61,824 bases of DNA from assembly GCA_045628545.1 (NCBI GenBank), contig JAZQPI010000012.1, positions 1-61,824 on the forward strand, given 5' to 3'. This stretch comes from Kiritimatiellia bacterium. Its GTDB lineage: Bacteria; Verrucomicrobiota; Kiritimatiellia; RFP12; UBA1067. The translations under genes and the position numbers were made by a program. A model generated the notes under the pieces. The model ran no database searches. It saw only the letters and a program-made list of their open reading frames with translations, and was not told where the DNA came from. Of this stretch, positions 8,706 through 17,291 are shown in pieces; the first letter of the stretch is position 1, and the number at the start of each line of letters is the position of its first letter.

Positions 8706-9836
8706 TTAAAATTCGTAACCGATCATCAGGCGAATGCCCCAGTCGGAGCGGTCGATGCTGCCGCTGACATGGCGGCCGTCGACCTCGAGGTCGTCCCGCA
8801 GGAACCTGCCCATGAAGTCGATCATGATGTCGAAGCTCTTGTAGCGCAGGACCGTGCCGAGACCGACGACGCCGTAGCAGTCCCACTGCGAGAAATCCTC
8901 GTCGTACGCGCGACGCTCGCAGTAGAACGTGGAGTCAAACCGTCCCCAGCTCACGCCGACGCCGACTTCGGCGAAGACGCGCCACCAGTCCGTGATCTCG
9001 TACCACGGACGGAGCATGAACAGCATTTCGAGCTCCTGATAGTCGCCGTCGGCCTGGCAGCGGTAACCGGTCGTCACGTCGCGCGTCGGACCGCCGGCGT
9101 CGTACGGGCTGCCGATGCCGACGAAGCCGAGCGCGGGGCTCGCGAACGTGCGCACGGAGTTCCCGTAGCCGTACATGTTCTGCGCGTCGGAACGGTCCCT
9201 GCCGGTGTCGTAGTCGTACGTGGTGTCGGCGTCAACGACGTCCGTCTTGTACTTGCCGTCGCGGACGGTGTCCGTACGCGACGACACGCCGCGGGCGTTG
9301 TAGATGCCGCGGGCGAAGAAGTAGGAGAACGCCGCGGCGAAGTCAACGCCCCACCGGTGCTCCTCCTCCTCGTCGTGGATCCAGAGCTCGCGCGAGATTT
9401 CGGCGGACAGCCCGAACTGACAGCGGTCGTCGGACTCGTCCCACTGCCGACGTCCGAACGAACTGCCGACCACCTCCTGATAGGCGTTTTCCGGCACGAA
9501 GTGTCCGTTGCCATGATAGGTGTACCCCGGCAGTTTCCAGTTCTCGGTGTCGAAGCCGTTGTCGAGGCTGTCGCTGTCGATGAAGCCGCCGCCGTCATAC
9601 CGCCGCGCCAGCGCCCGGGCGAGCGCGTCGGCCTTGGTCGAGCCGACAGGGACGCTGTACCGGCGCGGAATCGGCATCCGGCGCATGCCGAGGTCGGACC
9701 GGACCTGCGCGTTGAACGCCCCGCCGAACCCGATGCGCCACTTGCCGAACGTCTCGCGCTCCTGCTCCGGCTCCACCGCGCCTGCCATCAGCGCGACCCC
9801 GGCGACCACCATTCCGATAAGATGTTTCGTGTTCAT
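8706..9836 (-). CDS. Outer-membrane beta-barrel protein, predicted 8 strands with two very long loops
   Basis: Signal peptide, amphipathic strands (WRIGFGGAFN, FGLSAEISREL, WGVDFAAAFSYF, LEMLFMLRPWY, WRVFAEVGVGV, YGVVGLGTVLRY, FDIMIDF, WGIRLMIGYEF) and a terminal Y-x-F beta-signal. Confidence 0.8.
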   Translation of the reverse strand: MNTKHLIGMVVAGVALMAGAVEPEQERETFGKWRIGFGGAFNAQVRSDLGMRRMPIPRRYSVPVGSTKADALARALARRYDGGGFIDSDSLDNGFDTENWKLPGYTYHGNGHFVPENAYQEVVGSSFGRRQWDESDDRCQFGLSAEISRELWIHDEEEEHRWGVDFAAAFSYFFARGIYNARGVSSRTDTVRDGKYKTDVVDADTTYDYDTGRDRSDAQNMYGYGNSVRTFASPALGFVGIGSPYDAGGPTRDVTTGYRCQADGDYQELEMLFMLRPWYEITDWWRVFAEVGVGVSWGRFDSTFYCERRAYDEDFSQWDCYGVVGLGTVLRYKSFDIMIDFMGRFLRDDLEVDGRHVSGSIDRSDWGIRLMIGYEF

Positions 9837-9856
9837 TGTGGGCCCCCTTCCTTACC

Positions 9857-12800
9857 TTACTTGATGATTTCCTCGACCGTCAGACGGACGGTGAAATACT
9901 GGATGCCCGCCGGGACCTCGAAGCGGAACGTTCCGTCAGCCTCCAGCTTCGGCCAGGCCACTTCCTCGAACGTGTCGGCGAGCGAGGCCGCGCCCAGCAT
10001 CGCGAGACGCGCGTTCGACCCGGGCAGACCGTCGGTTCCGTCGGCGCTCACCGTCACGACGCGCCCGCTGGCGACGCCGTCAGCGACCGCGAACGCCCGG
10101 AGGTCGAGCGACGGATCGCTGTCCAGCGTCGTCGGCGGCAGACCGTAGGCCATCACCTTGTTCGCCATCGCCAGCGTGAGCGGCTGCAGCGTCCCGGCCA
10201 GCGGATCGACCGGCAGCGGCTCCAGCCCTTCGGCGAGCGGGCACCAGTAGATCGTGTCGTCACCATCTTCCTGCCAGGTCAGGTAGCCGAGGGTCTTGTT
10301 GACCACGGTCGGGTCTCTCTCCACCAGCTTTTCGATGTCGTTCACCGCCAGCGCGATCTTGCGCTCCTCGTCCGTCGGCACGGCATAGCGGTCCTTCCAG
10401 AGCGGATCGGTGAACGTGGAGTCGGCGACGCCGTAGCGGCAGGGCACGAAGAGGCCGGACGCCTGCAGCGTCTTCTCGGTTTCGCTCAGACGGACGAGGC
10501 CGAACGTCTTGCCGCCGTAGACAACCGAGGAGGTCTGGGAAAGCCGGTCCTGGCTCTTCAGATTGCGCAGGTAGCAGTCCTCGCGGTCTTCGTAGATGTA
10601 GCAGAGGTTGCTGATCACGCAGGCGTCTCCGTTCGTGCAGACGACATCGAGTCCGCCGTAGAACACGCTGCCCGCGCGGTGATACTTCCACTGCATGCTG
10701 CCGGTCAGCAGCGGCGTCTCGCGGACGAGCGACTTGAAGACCGGCACCGTGGCGAGACGGCGGATATGGAGGACCACTCCGACTTCGGTCCGGCGCCAGG
10801 ACTCCACGCCCGGGATGATCTCCTCGGAATAGGGCAGCTCCGCCACCCCGTCGTTCTCGACATCGGCCGATTCGTTGGTGTGATTGCGCCAGACCGAGAA
10901 CTCGACCAGCTTCGGATTGAAGGCGTACGGAATCGTGATCGTCAGCATGTGGTCCTCGTCGATCTCGTTGCCGATGTCGCGCACCGTGACCTCCTTCAGC
11001 TCCTTCTTCTCGACGTCTTCGTAGTAGAAGTGCGTCTCGTAGATGGAGATGTCGAAGGCCTCGTACTGATACTTCGCGATATCCCGCTCCTTCTTGCCCT
11101 CCTTGCGCGCCTTGTCGACGACCGCCTTCTTGACCGCCTCAAAGGACTCCTGGACGTAGTTCTCGGAGATCAGCAGCCGCACCTCGACGTCTTCCGCCGG
11201 ACCCTTCTCGACCATGTCGACCAGGTCGTTGAGTTCCGGCGGACGGTCCGCGGCGTACTTGCCGGCGTCCTCGTTGTCCATGACGATGTCGACAATGCCC
11301 TTGCCGTCCTTCGTCGGCACCTCCTCGTGCGTCTCGGCGTGCGCGTTCGTCGGCGTGCTGAGGATCGCCAGTTCGCCGAATTCGTACGCGAAGACGTAGT
11401 TGGTGGCGAGACCCGGCGCGACTTCCGCGGCGAATTCGTTGTCGACCGGCCCGCAGGGCTCGGAGCTTTCGAGCACGACGAGCGGCGTCGTCACCGTGAA
11501 GGAGTCCTCAAGCCCCGTCGCGGCGTTCGTCACGAACGAGCCGTGCGCGACCCAGACGAGCTCGTTCGAGCAGACGACCTTCTCGCCGGGCTTCTCGGGA
11601 TCGAGGTACATCGTCTTCGTGCCGCTGCGGAGCGTGACCTCGCGCGGCAGGATCGTGAAGCGGTTCGTGAAGACCTCGTCGTAGTTGCCGATGCCGGTGA
11701 TCACGACATACGCCTCCTCCGTCGCATCGATGTTGTCGAAGTATTCGAGCGTGTAGTCGCGTCCCTCCACGAGCTCGGACGGATTCGCGGTCAGATTCGT
11801 GATCACGACTTCCGGCTCATAGGGCGTGCCGTCGTAGACGCGGCTCGGCAGCTCCGGGATGACGATGTCGGGATCGCCCGGCTTCGTCGGATCGTCCGGA
11901 TCGGGTCCGATGGACTTCGCCACGACCTTGAGCTCGCTCGGGACGTAGGTGACCTTGTAGTTGCCCTGCAGCTCGTCGCCCTCGGGGGTGATCGCGTACG
12001 GCGAGCCCGCCACGTCCTCGCCCTCATCGCGGCCGACCATGTAGACGAGCGCCGGGCCGCCGATGAAGCCTTCGCCCACCGTCGCCGTCAGCTCGGGGTC
12101 GGCCTCGCCGTAGGTCTTCGTCTGCGGATCCGCCGTCACCGTCACCGGACGCGGCAGGACCGTCACGTAGGCGTAATTGGAGACCGTCGTGAAGCCGGGC
12201 GCCTCGACCTTGTACCAGACCTCCGCGCCGTCGACGACGTCGACGAACGAGGGCGCAGGGCCGTAGGTCTTGCCGCCGTCGGTCGAGTAGGTCACCGTGT
12301 AGTCGTCCGTCGGCCAGGTCACGTCGACGACGATGTTCGTGCCCACGCCGTCGTAGACCTTGATGACGTTACGGACGCCAGTCTCGCTCTCGCCGTCGTC
12401 GTCCTTCGCCGGCGGTTCGGGCATGTGCTCGGGGTCGAACGGACCCTTCCCGCCGATCTTGATGCCGTCCTCGGTCACCTTCAGCGTGCCGTTGACGTAG
12501 ACGAACTCGTAGTTCTTCGCGACGCCGTCAGTCGCCTTCGCGATCGGCAGGTCGGCGGGGAGCGTCTTCGTCGTGTACCCGCTGCCGAAGGTCGGCTCCC
12601 GCTCCAGCACCGACGCGTCCTCGTCGTTCACGAAGCCCTCGTACTTGAAGGTGTAGAAGTCCGTCCCCGGGACCGCCGCGCCGTAGACGAGCGTCTGGTC
12701 GTAGGCCGTCACGGTGAGCGGGACCTTGGTGATCTCGAAGTAGTTGGTGAAGACGCCCGTGTAGTTGCCCTTGCCGGTCACGACGATGCCCGCCTTGTCC

Positions 12801-15487
12801 GTCGCGTCGACGTTGTCGAAGTACTCGATCTCGTAGTCCTCGCCCTCGACGAGCGTGCCGAGCGAGTTCGTGCAGACGACCTCAGGCTCCCACTCCGTGC
12901 CCTTGTACGGCACCTTGTCCTTGCCCTCGCCGCCGAAGTCGAGGCCCGTGTCGGACGCGGGATCGCCGGGCTTCGCCGGATCGTCCACGTGCCGCGGCTT
13001 GATCACGAGATTCGCGGAATTAGTGGTCGCGTAATAGCCCTCGGCCGTCGCCTTGACATAGACCTTCAGCGGCTCGTCCGTCACGTCGGTACGGCCCTCG
13101 AACGTCCACGGACCCGTCTCGTCCGTAGCGAACTCGAGCGTGACGTCCTTCACCGGCTCGCCGTCCTCGTCGGTGACGGACACGACCAGGACGTTCGTGG
13201 AGATGCCGTCATAGACCTTCGTCACGTCGATCACCTTGATGTGCATCTCCTTGATCGGATCCTCCATCCCCCAGTCGAGCATCGTCGCCCGCGCGGCCGC
13301 GGCGGCCTTGACCGACTCCTTGCCATCCTTCGCGAACAGCGTGACTTCCGCCGGACCCTTGTTCGGGTCGAGGTGCCAGACCTTGTTCGCCTCGTCCCAG
13401 ACGGCCATCGGCGGCTCTTCCGGATGCTCCTTGTCGTGCTGCTGGCACGCCTTCAGGAACGTGCCGTCATCGACGATCTCGATCTCGAACTTGTTCCACG
13501 TCTCCTGCGTGAGGTTAGAAATGTTCGCGACGACCGTATAGTCATTCTCGATCTTGAAGGACGACGCCGGTTCCGCCGCCCAGTGCGCCTGGTCATTCGG
13601 CAGGTCGGCAATGAAGGCGGTGTTGTAGACGTTGGTGAGGGACTCCGGCGCCGCGGCGTTCTTCCACGTGAAGAAGCTGATCTTCTTCTTTCCGCCCTCG
13701 GAAACGATGCTCAACGATTTGTTGATGTCCTGGATCGTGTCGACCAGCTGCGCCGAATACGTCGTCGTCTTGACGTACTTTTCAAGAATGTTCGTCACGT
13801 TCTCGACCTTGTCGTAGAACGCCTGCAGCTCGTTCTTCGTGCCTACGTAGTAAGCCCCCGACGAATTGGACAGCGTCTCCGACATCGCCCGTCCCTCCAG
13901 ATAACGGTGCGGATCGAGCAGCGCGGTCAGCAGCTCCCAGGCGCCGTCTTCCAGCTTATAGTCCTTGCTCGCGGAGATGTAGAAAGTCGACGGACGGTAA
14001 TACTGCGACGGCTTCTGGCAGTAGGACGGATCGTTCTTGTTGTTCGTGTCGGACGCGGGGTCGATGATCCAGATCACGCGGTCGTTGTCGTAGTACCACG
14101 CCAGCTTCTCGGCCACGCGGTTCGCCAGCGCGCGGTTCGCCGCCGTGGCGGTCAGCCCGTGGGCCACTCGGTTGCAGTCGAACTCGAGAATGACATACGC
14201 GTATTTGCGGCGCAGTTCGCGCACCGTCGCCTCGTCCAGGCTCTTGTCAAGCTGCGTCAGGTACGCCAGCAGGTTCTTGTGGCCGCCGCTGACGAAATCC
14301 GGAATCGTCGGCATCGTCTTCTGGTTCATGGCGATCGAGCCGTAGTGCTTCGCGTCCTTGACCGCGGACTGCGAAGCGTCCGTGTAATCGAACAGATACC
14401 AGTCGACGTTACCCTTCTTCGACAGGACCAAAAACGCATCGCTGATCGTGTCCTGCACCAGCGTATGGTTGCCGCAGAGCGACCCGATGAAGAGGATGTT
14501 GTTCGTCGGCACGTCCGTCACGCCCGTCAGAACGTGCGAAGTCACGCGGATCGTCGCGTTCGACTTGTTGAACATGTCGGCGACGAGCGCCGCGTTCACG
14601 GTCTTCTCGATTTCGACCGTCATACAGCGCACGCCGCAGATGTAGCTCTTCAGCGCCGTCTCGACCGTAATCTCGGCCGAACCGTCACGCACCTCGTTCG
14701 TCACCGCGGCAAAACCGCCCGCGTTCACGATCTTCGCGATGCGCTCGTCCGTCGTGAAAACGCCAGTCACGTCCTCCCAGGCAATCGCCTGTCCCAGCTC
14801 GTTCGTCAGCAGCGCGCCCTCGCCGTGCGCGAACTTGATGACGCCCAGATCGACCTCGTCCTTCGCGACGGTCACCGTGATGCGCTGGCGGAGGGGGTTG
14901 CCATCGCCATAGGTCTCGCTGCCCGAACGCACGTCAATCGTCGTCGTCCCGGCACCGACCGGAGTAATCGTCACCGTGCTGGACTTCGCCGACGACGAAA
15001 CGACCGTCGCCGTCGCCACTTTCTCGTCCGCGACCTTGCAGGCCCATGCCGCCGCCGTCGTAATCGTCGGCGTCGCCACCATCGCGTTCGCGCCGCCGAG
15101 CTTCAACGACAGCTCGTCGGCCTGCGCAACATAGACGGTATAGGTGTCAAGCGTGGACACTCCGGAGGTAAACTTGCTGTTCGACGCCTGCTGAAGGGTT
15201 ATCGTCGCCTTGTCCGGCGTAAACGCGACGCCGGTAAACGTCGCCGACACCTTCGCGGCCTTTTTCCCGTTCTGAGTTGCCGAGGTGCCCGTTGAGGACA
15301 CGTAGCTGGACGCCCCCGCGCCGAGCACGTACTTATAGTAGTAGTTCGCCGTGACCGAAGCCGTACTGGCGACGGATTTCGCCTCGGCCTCTACCAGCTC
15401 GACGACGGACTCCGCCGCACGCGCCGCAAACGTCCATCCCAGCAGACCTGCCAGGAAAGCATTCGTCACTAATTTTTTAATTTTCAT
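9857..15487 (-). CDS. Giant secreted/surface protein (1876 aa) with Ig-like and MBG-type repeats and a possible degenerate vWA-like domain
   Basis: Signal peptide ending ARA. MBG-like starts LTVTAYDQTLVYG and VTVTADPQTKTYGEADP. Duplicated LVEG.DY..EYFDN.DAT...VTG.GNY and KVYDG..TN modules. Acidic and T/V-rich. Confidence 0.85.
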   Translation of the reverse strand: MKIKKLVTNAFLAGLLGWTFAARAAESVVELVEAEAKSVASTASVTANYYYKYVLGAGASSYVSSTGTSATQNGKKAAKVSATFTGVAFTPDKATITLQQASNSKFTSGVSTLDTYTVYVAQADELSLKLGGANAMVATPTITTAAAWACKVADEKVATATVVSSSAKSSTVTITPVGAGTTTIDVRSGSETYGDGNPLRQRITVTVAKDEVDLGVIKFAHGEGALLTNELGQAIAWEDVTGVFTTDERIAKIVNAGGFAAVTNEVRDGSAEITVETALKSYICGVRCMTVEIEKTVNAALVADMFNKSNATIRVTSHVLTGVTDVPTNNILFIGSLCGNHTLVQDTISDAFLVLSKKGNVDWYLFDYTDASQSAVKDAKHYGSIAMNQKTMPTIPDFVSGGHKNLLAYLTQLDKSLDEATVRELRRKYAYVILEFDCNRVAHGLTATAANRALANRVAEKLAWYYDNDRVIWIIDPASDTNNKNDPSYCQKPSQYYRPSTFYISASKDYKLEDGAWELLTALLDPHRYLEGRAMSETLSNSSGAYYVGTKNELQAFYDKVENVTNILEKYVKTTTYSAQLVDTIQDINKSLSIVSEGGKKKISFFTWKNAAAPESLTNVYNTAFIADLPNDQAHWAAEPASSFKIENDYTVVANISNLTQETWNKFEIEIVDDGTFLKACQQHDKEHPEEPPMAVWDEANKVWHLDPNKGPAEVTLFAKDGKESVKAAAAARATMLDWGMEDPIKEMHIKVIDVTKVYDGISTNVLVVSVTDEDGEPVKDVTLEFATDETGPWTFEGRTDVTDEPLKVYVKATAEGYYATTNSANLVIKPRHVDDPAKPGDPASDTGLDFGGEGKDKVPYKGTEWEPEVVCTNSLGTLVEGEDYEIEYFDNVDATDKAGIVVTGKGNYTGVFTNYFEITKVPLTVTAYDQTLVYGAAVPGTDFYTFKYEGFVNDEDASVLEREPTFGSGYTTKTLPADLPIAKATDGVAKNYEFVYVNGTLKVTEDGIKIGGKGPFDPEHMPEPPAKDDDGESETGVRNVIKVYDGVGTNIVVDVTWPTDDYTVTYSTDGGKTYGPAPSFVDVVDGAEVWYKVEAPGFTTVSNYAYVTVLPRPVTVTADPQTKTYGEADPELTATVGEGFIGGPALVYMVGRDEGEDVAGSPYAITPEGDELQGNYKVTYVPSELKVVAKSIGPDPDDPTKPGDPDIVIPELPSRVYDGTPYEPEVVITNLTANPSELVEGRDYTLEYFDNIDATEEAYVVITGIGNYDEVFTNRFTILPREVTLRSGTKTMYLDPEKPGEKVVCSNELVWVAHGSFVTNAATGLEDSFTVTTPLVVLESSEPCGPVDNEFAAEVAPGLATNYVFAYEFGELAILSTPTNAHAETHEEVPTKDGKGIVDIVMDNEDAGKYAADRPPELNDLVDMVEKGPAEDVEVRLLISENYVQESFEAVKKAVVDKARKEGKKERDIAKYQYEAFDISIYETHFYYEDVEKKELKEVTVRDIGNEIDEDHMLTITIPYAFNPKLVEFSVWRNHTNESADVENDGVAELPYSEEIIPGVESWRRTEVGVVLHIRRLATVPVFKSLVRETPLLTGSMQWKYHRAGSVFYGGLDVVCTNGDACVISNLCYIYEDREDCYLRNLKSQDRLSQTSSVVYGGKTFGLVRLSETEKTLQASGLFVPCRYGVADSTFTDPLWKDRYAVPTDEERKIALAVNDIEKLVERDPTVVNKTLGYLTWQEDGDDTIYWCPLAEGLEPLPVDPLAGTLQPLTLAMANKVMAYGLPPTTLDSDPSLDLRAFAVADGVASGRVVTVSADGTDGLPGSNARLAMLGAASLADTFEEVAWPKLEADGTFRFEVPAGIQYFTVRLTVEEIIK

Positions 15488-15631
15488 AATCTACCCCCTG
15501 TTTGATTAACCGCAATCTACGTAGCAAGAACCGTGCCAACGACGTTTTATGTCGTCAAAAACAGTTTTCGCACACCTTTGGTGTCCGTCTTTCGGTCACT
15601 CTGTCCAAATCGCGGACACAAATGGACACTT

Positions 15632-15661
15632 ATTGTATCGCATTGTTATACAAAATGTCAA
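15632..15661 (-). promoter_or_regulatory. Sigma70-type promoter of the surface protein operon
   Basis: TTGACA (15661-15656), 18-bp spacer, TACAAT (15637-15632). Confidence 0.7.
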
Positions 15662-15695
15662 GTGAAGCAATCCAAACAATCAAACAATCTTTCGT

Positions 15696-15741
15696 GCTCT
15701 CGTGCGCCAGTCGGCGAGACGCCGACGGTACGGACGAGAGC
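15696..15741 (-). terminator. Long hairpin downstream of miaB (putative terminator)
   Basis: Outer stem GCTCTCGT/ACGAGAGC and inner stem GTCGGCG/CGCCGAC. No clear U-tract on the minus strand. Confidence 0.45.
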
Positions 15742-15790
15742 GAAAAGTTGGAGAGTTGAAGCCTTTTGATAAAGGCAGCGCAATAAACAA

Positions 15791-17128
15791 TTAATGAGCG
15801 GCGCCGATCAGGGTCTGGGGATGGGCCTCGACGATGCACACCCGCACGAGTTCGCCAATGGCCGGCGCGGCGTCCTCCGGCGAATCCCACACCACGATGC
15901 GGTTACCAGAATCGCGCCCCGAAAGCCGCTGCCGGTTGCGCTTCGACGGACCCTCGACCATGACCTCGCGCACCGTTCCCACCAGCCGGTCATTGCGCCG
16001 CTGGCCGCGAACCTCCTGGTCCGCCAAAAGCACCTGGTCGCGCCGCTCCTTCTCCGCCGTCGGCACGTCGTCAGGCAGCGCCGCGCTGCGGGTCCCGGGA
16101 CGCGGCGAATACTTGAAGACGAAGGCGTTGTCGAAGCCCGCCGCCTCCATCAGCGTGCGCGTCTCCTCGAAATCCGCCTCCGTCTCGCCGGGATAGCCCA
16201 CGATGACGTCCGTCGTCAGCGCGAATTCCGGATCCAGCGCACGAAGCCGTTCCGCCGCCGCGAGATACTCCGCGCGGGTGTAGTGACGCCCCATCTCCTT
16301 CAAGATGCGGTCCGAGCCGGACTGGACCGGCAGATGCAGATGGCGGCACACCTTCGGACAGTCCCGATACGCGGCAAGCAGCTCGTCCGTGCAGCCGCCG
16401 GGATGCGCCGACGTGAAGCGGATGCGCTCGAGTCCGTCGATCTCCTGCAACGCGCGCAGCAGCCGCGGAAACGCCTCGCGGACGGCGGAAGGCCCGTCCG
16501 CCGGCGTCCAGGCCGGATTGCGCACGCCATAGCGGAGGACGCTCTGCCCCAGCAGGCAGACCTCCTTGACGCCCCGCTCGACCAGGCACTTCACTTCGGC
16601 GACGACGTCCCGAGCCGGGCGCGAATACTCGTGCCCGCGCACGTCGGGAACGATGCAGTAGCTGCAGCGGTTGTCGCAGCCCAGGAGCACCGTCACATAG
16701 CTCTGTACCGCGGCAAACGTGCCGCCGCGCCGGATCTCCGGATGGGCGTCCAGCCCCTTCGGCACGGCGTCCTCTCCGAGGTCGAGGACGGGGAAGCGTC
16801 CAGCCGCGACGATTTCGGGAATGCGCCAGAACGCGCGGGGCCCGACGGCGAAGTGCAGCTTCGGCAACCGGCGGAAGACCTCCGGACCCATCCGCCGCAC
16901 GGCGCAGCCCATCAGTCCGACGATCTTGCCGGCCGCCAGCAGGTTGCCGACCTTGCCGACCGCCTTCTCCTCCGCCTTCTGACGCACGGTGCAGCTGTTG
17001 ACGATGACGAGCTCGGCCGACGCCTCGTCCTCAGCGCGTTCGTGACCGGCCGCGACCAGGAGGGCCTCGACCGCCTCCGAGTCGCGCACGTTCATCTGAC
17101 AGCCGTAGGTATGAATTAGAAACCGCAT
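15791..17128 (-). CDS. miaB: tRNA-2-methylthio-N6-dimethylallyladenosine synthase
   Basis: TYGCQMN, NSCTVR, radical-SAM GCDNRCSYC, HLPVQSGS, FKYSPRPGT, TRAM domain. The ATG at 17128 fits the GGAGG spacing; a GTG at 17137 is the alternative start. Confidence 0.95.
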   Translation of the reverse strand: MRFLIHTYGCQMNVRDSEAVEALLVAAGHERAEDEASAELVIVNSCTVRQKAEEKAVGKVGNLLAAGKIVGLMGCAVRRMGPEVFRRLPKLHFAVGPRAFWRIPEIVAAGRFPVLDLGEDAVPKGLDAHPEIRRGGTFAAVQSYVTVLLGCDNRCSYCIVPDVRGHEYSRPARDVVAEVKCLVERGVKEVCLLGQSVLRYGVRNPAWTPADGPSAVREAFPRLLRALQEIDGLERIRFTSAHPGGCTDELLAAYRDCPKVCRHLHLPVQSGSDRILKEMGRHYTRAEYLAAAERLRALDPEFALTTDVIVGYPGETEADFEETRTLMEAAGFDNAFVFKYSPRPGTRSAALPDDVPTAEKERRDQVLLADQEVRGQRRNDRLVGTVREVMVEGPSKRNRQRLSGRDSGNRIVVWDSPEDAAPAIGELVRVCIVEAHPQTLIGAAH

Positions 17129-17199
17129 ATTCCGCACGCCTCCGACAGAAGCGCACCACCTTTCCCCGCAATCTTTTTCAAAGCCATAGACATTCCAAC

Positions 17200-17208
17200 A
17201 TTATACCA
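17200..17208 (-). promoter_or_regulatory. Extended -10 promoter element (TGGTATAAT) for miaB
   Basis: Exact TGNTATAAT in an AT-rich intergenic region. Confidence 0.65.
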
Positions 17209-17291
17209 AAAAGGAGGAATGCATGATTGTTCGATTTTTGAATTGCGGAACAGGGGAAAAGTATGAAAAACGTCCTGACATGGGGGCTTGG

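Noticed and set aside
9836-15295. 1819-aa plus-strand ORF, and similar ones at 20368, 26551, 38644, 43303 and 59055
   Set aside because: Each mirrors a well-supported minus-strand gene and is R/V/L-rich without domain signatures.
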